A program made the position numbers and the translations under genes. Below are positions 1-9,635 of a stretch of 64,000 nt of DNA, in pieces. Every line of letters begins with the position of its first letter. Positions within the stretch are counted from its first letter, which is position 1. The stretch comes from Candidatus Marinacidobacterium sp. (GTDB lineage Bacteria > Acidobacteriota > Vicinamibacteria > Marinacidobacterales > Marinacidobacteraceae). Where the stretch lies: positions 1,504,001 to 1,568,000 of the forward strand of contig OZ242011.1 in NCBI GenBank assembly GCA_965204755.1. Direction: 5' to 3'. Below the pieces are notes generated by a model that saw only the letters and a program-made list of their open reading frames with translations, searched no databases and was not told the DNA's origin.

Positions 1-1638
1 GGCAACCTGCGCCCGGACGAGAGCGTCCGGGTGACCCGCCTGGCCGATGTGGTGACGGCGGGCGTCCGGCCGGCGCTCGACCTGCTCCTGTGGGGCGCGC
101 TCCTGCTGACGCTGGCCGCCTCGGTCAGCATGACCGCCCTCCGCATGTCGGCGATGCTCGCGGAACGCGTCGCCGCGGCGACGCGGCGGGCGCTCGGCGC
201 TTCGTCGGGAGACGAACTGCGCCGCGCGCTTTCGCGGGTCGTCGTCCAAGCCGTATTCGTCGGCGCGGCGGCCAGTCTGGTCGCGTTCTGGCTCATTTCC
301 GCGGCGCGCCGGTTCGCCGGCGCCGTGCCTTTCTCGGAATCGTGGGGCCTCACGCCGGCCGGCGTCGGCCTCGGGTTCGCCCTGGCGCTCGTCGCGGTGG
401 CCATTTCCGAGACACCGGCCGTGTTCGCGGCGCTGCGCCACCCGCCGCGGCTGGTGGGGGCGCAGCCGCTCACTCCGGGAACCGGGGCGCTCGCGTCCTC
501 CTACCTCGCCTTCGGAACTCTTGCTTCGACGGCGATGCTCATCGCGGCGGGGGCGTTCAGCGCTCGGGCCTTCGATCTCGTACGGGGCCTCGGCGGCTAT
601 TCCGCGGAGGGGTTGGCGCAACTCACCGTGGACTTCGGCGGTACGACTCGGCCGCCGTCCCACGACGAAAAGGCCGCGGCGCTGAAGCGCGCCGCCGACC
701 GCCTCCGCGCCCTCCCGGGCGTGGTGGAAGTCGGTTACGCGGACGCCCTCCCCGACGCCATGGGCCGGGTGAATTTCGAGAGTTTCGAGCCCGGCGCCGC
801 CGCCTTCACGGAGATCCGGGCGAGCCCTCGACTGCTCCAGACCCTCGGGCTCGAAGTACTTCGGGGACGCGGGCTCCTCGAGACGGACGACCCGCCGGCG
901 GAAACGGTCGCCGTGCTGTCGCGCTCCCTGGCGCTGCGGCAGGGCGGCGATCCGATGAACCGGATGATCGGGTCGAGGGGCTCCGAGGCGCGCGCCGTCG
1001 GCGTCACGGCGGATGTGCTGCGCTTTCCCGCCGAGGCGGCGCCGCCCGCGGCGTACATCCCGTTCGCCGAGCCGCCGATCGCCGCGATGCCGGCGCCGCG
1101 CGCCGAGATCGTGGTCCGGTTCGACCGCGCCGTTCGCGAGGCGGACGCCGCCGCGCTCGCGCGGGAAGTCGCCTCGGCCGCCCCGGCGCTCCGAATCCTG
1201 CGCGCCGAATCCGTGCGAGATCGCCGCGCCCGTCTGCTCGGCGGCAATGTCCTCGCTGCGGCGCTGGTGGCGCTCTTCGCGGCGGTTTCGGCGCTCTTGG
1301 CAGTCGTGGGCGCGGTGGGTCTGGTGGTCGAGACCGCGGCCCGGCGAGTCCGGCGCCTCGCGATCCTCCAGGCCGTGGGCGCCCCGCCGGACGCCGTCGT
1401 CCGGGCCGCCGCCGGCCGCAGCGGGTGGGCGTCCGGGGTCGGCGTCGGTTTGGGGGTCGCCGGCGGGTGGGTGCTCCTGCGGGTCGTGGGGAGCCGGATC
1501 GCCTGGGTGGAGACCGGGGACTGGACGCTCTACGCCGGGCCGGCCGCGCTCATGGGGCTCGCCCTGCTCGCCGCGTGCGCCGCGACCGGGCTCCGGGCGC
1601 TTCGCGCCAACCCTTGGGCGGCGCTTCGTTCGTTGTAA
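1..1638 (+). CDS. ABC/FtsX-MacB-type permease (ADOP-like duplicated orphan permease), 5' truncated by the window edge
   Basis: Open frame from the window start; two FtsX-like TM blocks (RRALGAS..., RRLAILQAVGA) flanking a periplasmic domain; C-terminal NPWAALRSL. Confidence 0.8.
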   Translation, partial: GNLRPDESVRVTRLADVVTAGVRPALDLLLWGALLLTLAASVSMTALRMSAMLAERVAAATRRALGASSGDELRRALSRVVVQAVFVGAAASLVAFWLISAARRFAGAVPFSESWGLTPAGVGLGFALALVAVAISETPAVFAALRHPPRLVGAQPLTPGTGALASSYLAFGTLASTAMLIAAGAFSARAFDLVRGLGGYSAEGLAQLTVDFGGTTRPPSHDEKAAALKRAADRLRALPGVVEVGYADALPDAMGRVNFESFEPGAAAFTEIRASPRLLQTLGLEVLRGRGLLETDDPPAETVAVLSRSLALRQGGDPMNRMIGSRGSEARAVGVTADVLRFPAEAAPPAAYIPFAEPPIAAMPAPRAEIVVRFDRAVREADAAALAREVASAAPALRILRAESVRDRRARLLGGNVLAAALVALFAAVSALLAVVGAVGLVVETAARRVRRLAILQAVGAPPDAVVRAAAGRSGWASGVGVGLGVAGGWVLLRVVGSRIAWVETGDWTLYAGPAALMGLALLAACAATGLRALRANPWAALRSL

Positions 1639-1678
1639 CCCAGCGCCGCCCGTTAGGGCCTCGGCGTTCTCCCGGCGG

Positions 1679-4600
1679 TTACCCGGTCTTCTGCGAGCGG
1701 GCCGGGGCCACCGGCTCCGCGCCGGCGTCGGTGAGTTGGCGGTTCAGGTCGTCGAGGCGGGGGCCGAGGGCGGTGTCCAACTGCTCCAGGTGGGCGTCGA
1801 GTTCGCCGGAGAGTTCCTCGAAGACGGCGTAGGCGCCGTCGGTGGGTTTGGCGTCGCCGGTTTCCACGCTGCGGCGGAGGGAGGCGAGGCGGTTGTTCAG
1901 CCGGATCGGGAAGTTCAGAGGATCCTGGTTGCTGCGGTTCTTGGTCTGGTAGAGCGCTTCCTCGATCTCGGTGAGGTCGGCGGTGAGTTCGCCGCCGGCT
2001 TCCAGCACGCCCCGGTCGCTGGTTCCTTCGAGGCGTTCCTCCAACCGGGCGCGGACCTCGCGGATGCGGATCACCGCCTCATTCGCCGAGGTGGTGCGGT
2101 CGCGGATCCGGCTGGCCAACTCGAACTGCTCCACCAGGTCGGCGGTGCTCACGCCCTCGAGCCGCGGATCGGCGATCAGGGTGAGCGTCGTCGTCTCGGT
2201 GACGCCGGCGGCTTCCACGCTGACTTCGTAGTCGCCCGGAGGCGCCTTGGGGCCGCTGGTGGCGCGGGCGCTCCAGAGGATCATTCCCTCGAACTCCGCC
2301 GCGCCCCGGTAGCGGCCGTTCCAGACGAAACGGTTCAGCCCGCCGGCGGTCGTCGGCGACGAAGAACGGCGGGAGCGGAACCAGGAAAAGTCCGGCTCGG
2401 CTTCCCAGTCCGGTTCGGTTCCTTCGAAGCGGTCCACCAGGTTGCCCGATGCATCGTGGATCTCGACGGTGACTTTCTCCGCTTCCGAAGCGAGGTGGTA
2501 CTGGATCACCGCGTCCTGGACGCCGCGCACCGCCCGCCCGGGTTCGAAGACGGTCAGGGCGGCGTTTTCCGTGTCCGCCGCGAGTTGGCGCAGCGGTTCG
2601 ATGTCGTCGAGGATCCAGAACCCGCGTCCGTGGGTGCCGAGCACCACATCGCTCCCCTTCACCACGAGGTCGCGTATGGGCGTGTCCGGCAGGTTCTGCT
2701 GGAGCGCCTGCCAACGATCCCCGTCGTTTAGCGATACATAGGCGCCGTGCTCCGTTCCGAGGAACAGGAGTCCTTGGCGCACCGGGTCTTCGCGCACCGC
2801 GCGGGCGAAGTGGCCGGGGGCGATTCCGTCCACGATCTTCGTCCAGGTGGCGCCGTAGTCGGTCGTGCGGAAGACATACGGTTCGCGGTCGTCCACCTGG
2901 TACCGGTTCGCCGCGACGAACGCGGTCCCCGGACGGTGGGACGATTCTTCGATGATGCTCACCCGGCTGAACTTCGGCAGGTCCGGCGGAGTGATCTCGG
3001 TCCAGGCGGCGCCGTGGTCGCGGGTGAGGTGGAGGCGGCCGTCGTCGGAGCCGACCCAAATCGTGTCGATGTCGTGCTGCGACGGAGCGGCGGCGAAGAT
3101 CGTCGCGTAGATCTCCGGCCCGTTCATGTCCATGGTGATGAGGCCGCCGGTCTCGCCGAGCGTCTCCGGGTCGGCGTAGGTGAGGTCGGGGCTGATCTTC
3201 GTCCACGACTGCCCGTCGTTCGTCGTCATGTACAGGAATTGCGAACTGGTGTAGAGCCGGTTCTCGTCGAGGGGCGAGAACACGATCGGGAAAGTCCACT
3301 GCCAGCGGTCGGGAAGCGCGCTCGCCGGTTCGCCGGAGAAGAACCGCGGATAGACCTGGATGTCCCGGATCTGTCCGTTCGCGCGGTTGTAGCGGGTCAG
3401 CAGCGCTCCCTGGCTGCCGGCGTAGAACACATCCAGGTTCGACGGGTGCTGGGTGATGTAGCCGCTCTCGCCGCCGCCGGCCGCGTAGTACCAACGGCTG
3501 CCCGGCCCCCGCGCCTGCATGTGGTCCCAACCCTCGCTGGGAACGCAGATCGTGGAGTTGTCCTGCTGCGCCCCGCATACATGGTAGGGAAAGTCGTTCG
3601 TGACATTCACATGGTACAACTGCGTGGTCGAATACGCCTGACCGGTCCAGGTGTCGCCGCCGTTGACGGAGACATTGCCGCCGCCGTCGTTCGAGTTGCA
3701 CATGCGCATCGGATCGTTCGGGTCGATCCAGAGGTCGTGCTGGTCTCCGTGCGGCGGACGAATGACATGGTCGAAGGTCTCGCCGCCGTCGTCCGAACGG
3801 TAGAAGCCGGTATTCAGCGCATACACCCGTTCCGGATCCACCGGGTCGGCATACACCCGCGAGTAGTAGAAGGCGCGCTGGCGCAGTTTCCGCTCGTTGT
3901 TCGTGAGGCGCCAGGTGGCGCCCCGGTCGTCGGAGCGGAACACGCCGCCTTCGGGCGCTTCCACGATGGCCCATACCCGGTCCGGATTCGCCGGCGAAAC
4001 GGTCACGCCGATCTTTCCGATCGGGCCGGCCGGCATTCCCGGGTTCTCCGTGAGTTCGGTCCAGGTGTCTCCGCCGTCGTCGGAGCGGTAGAGCCCGGAA
4101 TCGGGGCCGCCGCCCCACATCTTCCAGGCCTTCCGGTACACCTGCCACAGGGTGGCGTAGAGCACCTGCGGATTCGTCCGGTCGATGATGAGGTCGGCTG
4201 CGCCGGCTTTCGGGCTCGCGAAGAGGATCCGCTCCCAGGTGTTCCCGCCGTCCGTCGAGCGGAAGACGCCGCGTTCCTCGTTGTCGCCGTAGGGATGGCC
4301 GAGGGCGGCCACATACACGATGTCCGGATTCACCGGATGGATGCGGATCCGGGCGACCGCCTGGGTGTCCGCGAGGCCCACATGCCGCCAGGTCTTCCCG
4401 CCGTCGCCGCTGCGATAGACGCCGTCGCCCTGGGTGATGCTGCCGCGCAACTGCGTTTCACCTCCGCCGATGAAGACGATGTCCGGGTTGGTCTCCGCCA
4501 CCGCGACCGCGCCGATCGAGGAACTCGAGATCTGGCCGTCGGTCACCGGGAACCAGGTGGTTCCCGAGTCGAGGGTCTTCCACAACCCCCCGCCGGTCGC

Positions 4601-4870
4601 GCCGAAGTAGTACTCGTGGCGGCGCCCCGGGCTGCCGGAGCAGCCGAGGGACCGTCCGCCGCGCAGCGGGCCGATGTTGCGCCACTGCATCGGGCGGAGG
4701 AAGGACTCGTCGAGCGTGAGGTCGGCGGCCCCGTCCTGCGCGGCGGCGCCCGGCGCGGCGAAGGCCGGCGCGAGGAGCGCGGTCAGCGAAGTCGCGAGGG
4801 CGGTCGAAGTGCGCCGGAGGGACCGGCGGGCGGGATGCGGCCGGGATTTCGACCTGCGAAGAATGGACAT
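1679..4870 (-). CDS. Secreted VPS10/sortilin-like BNR (Asp-box) repeat glycosyl hydrolase-like protein
   Basis: Signal peptide; WRNIGP.RGGR start; many SxDGGxTW Asp-box repeats. Confidence 0.85.
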   Translation of the reverse strand: MSILRRSKSRPHPARRSLRRTSTALATSLTALLAPAFAAPGAAAQDGAADLTLDESFLRPMQWRNIGPLRGGRSLGCSGSPGRRHEYYFGATGGGLWKTLDSGTTWFPVTDGQISSSSIGAVAVAETNPDIVFIGGGETQLRGSITQGDGVYRSGDGGKTWRHVGLADTQAVARIRIHPVNPDIVYVAALGHPYGDNEERGVFRSTDGGNTWERILFASPKAGAADLIIDRTNPQVLYATLWQVYRKAWKMWGGGPDSGLYRSDDGGDTWTELTENPGMPAGPIGKIGVTVSPANPDRVWAIVEAPEGGVFRSDDRGATWRLTNNERKLRQRAFYYSRVYADPVDPERVYALNTGFYRSDDGGETFDHVIRPPHGDQHDLWIDPNDPMRMCNSNDGGGNVSVNGGDTWTGQAYSTTQLYHVNVTNDFPYHVCGAQQDNSTICVPSEGWDHMQARGPGSRWYYAAGGGESGYITQHPSNLDVFYAGSQGALLTRYNRANGQIRDIQVYPRFFSGEPASALPDRWQWTFPIVFSPLDENRLYTSSQFLYMTTNDGQSWTKISPDLTYADPETLGETGGLITMDMNGPEIYATIFAAAPSQHDIDTIWVGSDDGRLHLTRDHGAAWTEITPPDLPKFSRVSIIEESSHRPGTAFVAANRYQVDDREPYVFRTTDYGATWTKIVDGIAPGHFARAVREDPVRQGLLFLGTEHGAYVSLNDGDRWQALQQNLPDTPIRDLVVKGSDVVLGTHGRGFWILDDIEPLRQLAADTENAALTVFEPGRAVRGVQDAVIQYHLASEAEKVTVEIHDASGNLVDRFEGTEPDWEAEPDFSWFRSRRSSSPTTAGGLNRFVWNGRYRGAAEFEGMILWSARATSGPKAPPGDYEVSVEAAGVTETTTLTLIADPRLEGVSTADLVEQFELASRIRDRTTSANEAVIRIREVRARLEERLEGTSDRGVLEAGGELTADLTEIEEALYQTKNRSNQDPLNFPIRLNNRLASLRRSVETGDAKPTDGAYAVFEELSGELDAHLEQLDTALGPRLDDLNRQLTDAGAEPVAPARSQKTG

Positions 4871-5158
4871 GGCGGAACTCCTTTCGGTAAGCGGAAGTCC
4901 GGCGAGCGGAATCGGAGCGAACGGGAAAGCATATGAAACGCGCCGCCCCGGGGCGCGGCGCGCCGGCGAAGCGCCGACCGGGCAGGAGTGCGGGGAGGGG
5001 CCTTCCCACGAAAGAAGGCGGGGGGGTCGCGCCGCGATTCGCGCCGCCGGCCCGCAGGAAGAGCGTCCAGTCAGCGAACCGGACGGGGACTTCGCGCGCT
5101 CCGGTCGAGGAGCGGAGGGCGGGGCCCCCTCGACGGGCTGTTAGCATTTTCGCCACCG

Positions 5159-5431
5159 ATGGCCAACCGCTCCCGTCAGACCTTCCTCAAGCGGCGGAAG
5201 GAGAAGGAACGGGCCGCCCGCCAGAAGGCCAAGGAGATGCGCCGCCGGGAGCGCGCGCTCGAACGGGCCTCCGAAGGTCCCCGGCCGACCGGCGCCGACC
5301 GGGACATCGAGGGCATCGTCGCCGGTCCGCAGGAACCGGTGTGGAAGATGGCCGGCGTCCTCACCGACGACGAGATCGACGAGATCGAGGCCGCCGAAGA
5401 AGCGGCCCGCCAGGAAGAGGCGAAGCGATAG
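5159..5431 (+). CDS. Small hypothetical protein (basic N-terminus, acidic C-terminus)
   Basis: ATG at 5159 preceded by a TAGCAT -10-like box; typical GC3 codon usage; MANRSRQTFLKRRKEKER... Confidence 0.65.
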   Translation: MANRSRQTFLKRRKEKERAARQKAKEMRRRERALERASEGPRPTGADRDIEGIVAGPQEPVWKMAGVLTDDEIDEIEAAEEAARQEEAKR

Positions 5432-5553
5432 GAACCGGCGGGGTCGGGGCTCCCCCGGCTTTCGGAAACCGGTCCTTCCGCCCGCGCGGACTCAGGTGCG
5501 CGGGCCCGAGGCCGGCGCCGCCCCCCTTTTCGGAGCGGCGCCGGCGGGCCGGG

Positions 5554-6225
5554 TCAGCGCCCGCTGCCGCGGCGGCCCCGGCGGTCGTTCCGCTCGACGA
5601 GTTTCGACCGCTGCTCCTCGGTGAGCAGCGCGCGCATCCGCTCCCGATCCGTCCGGCGGCGGAGCGCCTGTTCCGCCTCGAGGACGCCGACAGCGGCGCC
5701 GAGTTCCTTCACTTCGTCCGGGGAGCGGTTCTCGTCCCCGACCGCGCGGGCGAGTTCCCGGCGGGCGTCCGCGAGAGCGCGCCGACCGTCGCGCCGCTCG
5801 TCGGCGAGGTCACGGAAGAGGGTCCGCAACCCGTCCCGTTGCGCCTCGGTCAACTCGAGTTCCTCGGCGAGGCGGGGAGAGAGCAGCGCGCGGCCGCCGG
5901 AGTACCCGTATGCGCCTCGGCGGTCGCGGAACCGGCGCTCCACCCGCGCGCGGCGGCGGTCGCGGTTCCCCTCGCGCCGGGCGCGCTCCCGGTCGCGGCG
6001 GGCTTGGACGCGACCCTGCGCTTCGGCCGGGGCGCGGACCGTGGACGACGGCGAGGCTTCGGCCTCCGAAGGGCCGGCGGCGGCCGTCGCCGGAGCCGGG
6101 CTTTCCGCCCGCGCGGCGGCGCCGGCCACGGTGAGGGCGGCGAACGCCGCAGCGGCGGCGAGCAGGAACGAGCGGCTCCGAACCGCGCGGCGGGCGGCCG
6201 AAACGGAGTTCCGGGTGTTCGTCAT
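5554..6225 (-). CDS. Periplasmic Spy/CpxP/ZraP-family protein
   Basis: Signal peptide; two LTxxQ motifs (LELTEAQR, LLTEEQR); AGGAGG SD upstream. Confidence 0.8.
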   Translation of the reverse strand: MTNTRNSVSAARRAVRSRSFLLAAAAAFAALTVAGAAARAESPAPATAAAGPSEAEASPSSTVRAPAEAQGRVQARRDRERARREGNRDRRRARVERRFRDRRGAYGYSGGRALLSPRLAEELELTEAQRDGLRTLFRDLADERRDGRRALADARRELARAVGDENRSPDEVKELGAAVGVLEAEQALRRRTDRERMRALLTEEQRSKLVERNDRRGRRGSGR

Positions 6226-6284
6226 GAGTCTTCCTCCTGACGGGAAATGGCCTCGCAGCCGATCCGCGGGCCCGCGGCCGGATT

Positions 6285-6300
6285 TGCAAGTGAAATGCCA
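6285..6300 (-). promoter_or_regulatory. Sigma-54 (-24/-12) promoter of the Spy/CpxP gene
   Basis: Minus strand reads TGGCATT-TCAC-TTGCA, matching TGGCACG-N4-TTGC with correct spacing, about 60 nt upstream of the ATG. Confidence 0.7.
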
Positions 6301-6383
6301 CCCGGCGGCCGGGATGCCGCCGGGCGAGAAGCGCTCCGGAGTGATAGCCTCACCGGTTTCGCGGGCGTCCGGCCGAGGCGGTG

Positions 6384-6460
6384 GGCGGGGTAGCTCAGTC
6401 GGTTAGAGCGGAGGACTCATAACCCTCAGGTCGGCGGTTCGAGTCCGCCCCCCGCTACCA
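6384..6460 (+). tRNA. tRNA-Met (CAT), elongator type
   Basis: GGCGGGG acceptor stem, TAGCTCAG D-arm, CTCATAA anticodon loop, GTTCGAGTC T-loop, encoded CCA. Confidence 0.93.
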
Positions 6461-6546
6461 CCCCGTTCGGCGCGACGCGGCGCCCCCGGAAGATCCCCGG
6501 CGCCGGCGCCGCCGGCCGCCACCGGCCGTCCCGAGGCCAAATCCCC

Positions 6547-6876
6547 ATGCGCACCAAGCGAACCTTCAAGATCAAGGCCCGGCGCGATGTGTCCTGTCCC
6601 GAGACCTACGCGAACTTCTGCGAGGCCACCCATTCCCCCTTCGACCTGACGCTCACCTTCTGCTGCCTCTCCGGCATCCAGCCCGAAGATGTGACCGAGA
6701 CCGGGGAGGGCGGGGACGGCGTGGTGTACGCGGACCCGAAGACCCGGATCGTCCTTCCCTTCCGGATCGTGCCGGCGCTCATCAAGATGCTGGAGACCCA
6801 GATGCGGGCCGTCGAGGAGGGCGAGGAGGAAGAACCGTCGGGTCTGCAGCAGGCGGATTTCCCGGTCGTCCACTGA
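6547..6876 (+). CDS. DUF3467-like small protein
   Basis: YANF...HSPFDLTLTF motif and RIVLP...LIKML tail resemble DUF3467. Confidence 0.65.
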   Translation: MRTKRTFKIKARRDVSCPETYANFCEATHSPFDLTLTFCCLSGIQPEDVTETGEGGDGVVYADPKTRIVLPFRIVPALIKMLETQMRAVEEGEEEEPSGLQQADFPVVH

Positions 6877-6903
6877 CTTGGGCCCGGATGACTTGGGCCC
6901 GGA
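6874..6903. repeat. Perfect 15-bp tandem duplication (TGACTTGGGCCCGGA x2)
   Basis: Read directly; spans the stop of the upstream gene and the start region of the next. Confidence 0.9.
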
Positions 6904-7375
6904 CAGGCCGTCGAGCCGGAGAGTGCCGACCAGAACGACCCGAACCACGCGCGCGCCCCGCCCCGCGGGTCGGAGCGAACGCGAGCGGAGCCTCGAACGG
7001 ATCCAGGCGGCGCGGGTGACCCTCGCCGCCCGCTCGCTGTGGATGAAGCGGGCGAGCGTCGCCGGAGTGGTGGTCCCGGTCGGCGTCGGCGCGCTTCAGG
7101 AGTGGCCGCTCCTGCAACTGCTCGCGATCCCGGCGGCGCTCCTCTGCTGGTGGCGCGACGCCGGGATCACCCGCGCCGACCGCCGGCTCGACCGGCTCTA
7201 CGAAGCGGTTACCGAGGGCGCGGTTCCGCCCCCGTCCACCGGGGAAGAGGAGGAGGCCGCCGACAGCCTGCCCGAGCCGGCGGACGCCCTCCGCAGCGCG
7301 TTGCTCTCAGGCCCCGGAGTCAGCCTCCACCTGCTGATGATCGGGATGGCCGTCTTCTTCAACCTCCTCGGCTGA
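6878..7375 (+). CDS. Hypothetical membrane protein (about 3 TM; start uncertain, GTG 6923 possible)
   Basis: Hydrophobic segments; WWRDA...DRRLDRLYEAV motif. Confidence 0.55.
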   Translation: MGPDDLGPDRPSSRRVPTRTTRTTRAPRPAGRSERERSLERIQAARVTLAARSLWMKRASVAGVVVPVGVGALQEWPLLQLLAIPAALLCWWRDAGITRADRRLDRLYEAVTEGAVPPPSTGEEEEAADSLPEPADALRSALLSGPGVSLHLLMIGMAVFFNLLG

Positions 7376-7696
7376 GCCGACCGGCGCCGGGGCGCCGGAA
7401 TCCCCGGCCTCTCCGGCGGCGCCCGCCGACTCGTCGGCGCCGTCCGCCAAGGGCAACGCGAGCCGCTCGCCGATCAGCATGATGGGGATCCCGTTGCGGA
7501 CCGGATAGAGACAGGCGCCGTCCTCGCGCACCAGGCCGCCTTCGATCTCTTCGCCGACCGGCTCCCCGTCCCGGTTTCGGGCCGTCCCGCCGCGAATCGC
7601 CGTATTCACCTCGGCGACGAGCGCTTCGGGCGCTTCGCCCACCGGCTGGTGGGACTCCGGACAGCAGAGGATCTCGAGCAGTTCGGGATGGATCAT
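7307..7696 (-). CDS. Trm112-family protein
   Basis: LLEILCCP...YPVRNGIPIML signature. Confidence 0.8.
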   Translation of the reverse strand: MIHPELLEILCCPESHQPVGEAPEALVAEVNTAIRGGTARNRDGEPVGEEIEGGLVREDGACLYPVRNGIPIMLIGERLALPLADGADESAGAAGEAGDSGAPAPVGSAEEVEEDGHPDHQQVEADSGA

Positions 7697-7751
7697 CGCG
7701 GACTTCGGAGAGTCGGACCGGGAGAGTCGGGACGGCGGGACGGGACGGCGG

Positions 7752-7837
7752 TGCCGGAGGAGGGGCTCGAACCCTCACGACCACTAAGGATCTCGGGATT
7801 TTGAGTCCCGCGCGTCTGCCGATTCCGCCACTCCGGC
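7752..7837 (-). tRNA. tRNA-Leu (CAA)
   Basis: Minus strand GCCGGAGTGGCGGAATCGGCAGACGCG..CTCAAAA..long variable arm..GGTTCGAGCCC..CCGGCA; CCA not fully encoded. Confidence 0.93.
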
Positions 7838-7981
7838 GAGGGCCGCCGCTCGCGCCGTCCCGTCCGGGGGCGGGCAGTGTAAACGCTCGGCAGGCGGCGC
7901 GTTCGGGCGCTCTCTCGACCGGCTCGGGGCCGCCCCGCGCCCGGCCGGCGCGTTTTTCGATGCGTTTTCGGCGGGAAAATG

Positions 7982-7990
7982 TGGTAGAAT
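7982..7990 (+). promoter_or_regulatory. Extended -10 promoter element upstream of carD
   Basis: TGGTAGAAT (TGn-TAnnnT) in an AT-rich intergenic stretch about 58 nt before the ATG. Confidence 0.5.
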
Positions 7991-8047
7991 TCGGGAATTC
8001 GGGCGTTGAACCCGTTGTTTTTTCAACCGGAGCGTCGTTGAGGGCCC

Positions 8048-8674
8048 ATGCAGTTCGAAGTCGGTGACAAGGTGATCTACCCGAACCAGGGAATCAGCAT
8101 CGTGGAGGGAATCGAGAGCGCCGACGGAGTTTCGGGCACTTGTTTCTACCGCCTGCGCCTGCTCGAGAAGTCCACGCTGGTGATGGTGCCCGTGGAGAAA
8201 GTGGGGGAAGTGGGACTCCGGCGGATCATGACCGACGGCGATGTCGAGGCGGTCCTCGATGTGCTCGAACACGGTGAAGTGGACGAGCAGTTGAACTGGA
8301 AGACCCGGTACAAGGACAACTCCGACCGGATGAAGAGCGGTTCGCCGGTGGAAGTCGCCGGGGTGCTCAAGGGTCTCTACTACCTGAGCGAGCGGAAGAC
8401 GCTCTCCTTTCGGGAGAAGCGGATGCTCGACCGCGCCCACCAGTTGACGGTCACCGAGGTCGCGGAAGTGGCCGGCCAGTCGGTGGAGGAAGTGGAGAAC
8501 AAGGTGTTCGACGCGCTCCGCCGCAGCCGCAACGGCGCGACCGGCCGGGACGACGCCGACGACGGCCACCCCCGGGCGACGAGCGTCGTCCCCCGCCCGG
8601 TGCGGAGGCGGCGCAAGGGGCGGAGCGTGGAAGGCGGCCGCTGCACGGTCTCCATCTCGATCAACCGCTACTGA
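8048..8674 (+). CDS. carD: CarD/CdnL-family RNA polymerase-binding regulator
   Basis: FEVGDKVIYP.QG, GLRRI, NWKTRYK (conserved Trp), LSFREKRML. Confidence 0.9.
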   Translation: MQFEVGDKVIYPNQGISIVEGIESADGVSGTCFYRLRLLEKSTLVMVPVEKVGEVGLRRIMTDGDVEAVLDVLEHGEVDEQLNWKTRYKDNSDRMKSGSPVEVAGVLKGLYYLSERKTLSFREKRMLDRAHQLTVTEVAEVAGQSVEEVENKVFDALRRSRNGATGRDDADDGHPRATSVVPRPVRRRRKGRSVEGGRCTVSISINRY

Positions 8675-8715
8675 ATCCCCCGCGCCGGCGCCCGCCGAGT
8701 ACGCCTTCGCGCTCC

Positions 8716-9468
8716 GTGGGCCGGCGCTCCCCCTTCGCTGCGCTTCGCGCCCTCCTCGGGACCGCCGGCGTGGCGGTGGCGCTGCCGCTGATGCTGGTGG
8801 CGGCGCTGGCGGCGATCCCGCTCGGCGACCGGCTCAGCGGCCGGAGGCGGCTCGGCTACGAGTTCGGGCGGCTGATCATGCAGGTCTGCTGGCGGATCAC
8901 CGGCATCCGCATCCGGGAGACGGCGCGCGAGCGGATCGAACCGCTCCGGCCGCGGGTGTACATGACGAACCACACCTCGCTCCTCGACATGCCGGCGATC
9001 CTGGCGCTGCTGCCCGGCCAGAACACGACGCTCATCAAGAAGGAGGCGTTCCGGGTGCCGCTGGTGGGGTCGGCGTTCCGCGCGGTGGGGTTCGTGCCGG
9101 TGGACCGGACGAATCCGACCGCCGCGCGCCGCAGTTTGGAGCGCGCCGTGGACGCGATTCGGGAGGGGCACTCGCTGGTGATCGCCCCGGAAGGAACGCG
9201 GAGCCGCGACGGGAAGGTCGGGCCCTTCAAGACCGGCGGCTTCCGGATCGCGGTGGCCGCCGGCGCCCCGATCGCGCCGATCACCGTGACCGGCGCGCGG
9301 GAGCGGCTGGTCCCGGGTTCGAAACTCGTCCGCCCCGGCTTCATCCGGGTGCGCTACCACGAACCGGTGCCCACCGACGGCATCGAGCCCGGGGACCGCG
9401 GGGCAGTGGCGGCGCTGGTCACCCAGGTGCGGGAGACCATCTCCGCGGGCCTTCCGGCGAGCGCGTGA
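8716..9468 (+). CDS. plsC: 1-acyl-sn-glycerol-3-phosphate acyltransferase
   Basis: NHTSLLD (HxxxxD) and PEGTRS motifs. Confidence 0.88.
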   Translation: MGRRSPFAALRALLGTAGVAVALPLMLVAALAAIPLGDRLSGRRRLGYEFGRLIMQVCWRITGIRIRETARERIEPLRPRVYMTNHTSLLDMPAILALLPGQNTTLIKKEAFRVPLVGSAFRAVGFVPVDRTNPTAARRSLERAVDAIREGHSLVIAPEGTRSRDGKVGPFKTGGFRIAVAAGAPIAPITVTGARERLVPGSKLVRPGFIRVRYHEPVPTDGIEPGDRGAVAALVTQVRETISAGLPASA

Positions 9469-9635
9469 ACGCCGCCGGCCCGCCGACGCCGGGGTCTCCC
9501 CGGACTTCCCACGGGCCGTTCGGCGAGCGACACTTCCCGCCGCCCGGTCCCTTCCGGTTCCTCGTCCGGTAACCGCCGCGCCGCCGTTCCGGCGGCCTCC
9601 ACCTGTTCCTCCACCGCGCTTAGGGAGCGTTCTAC

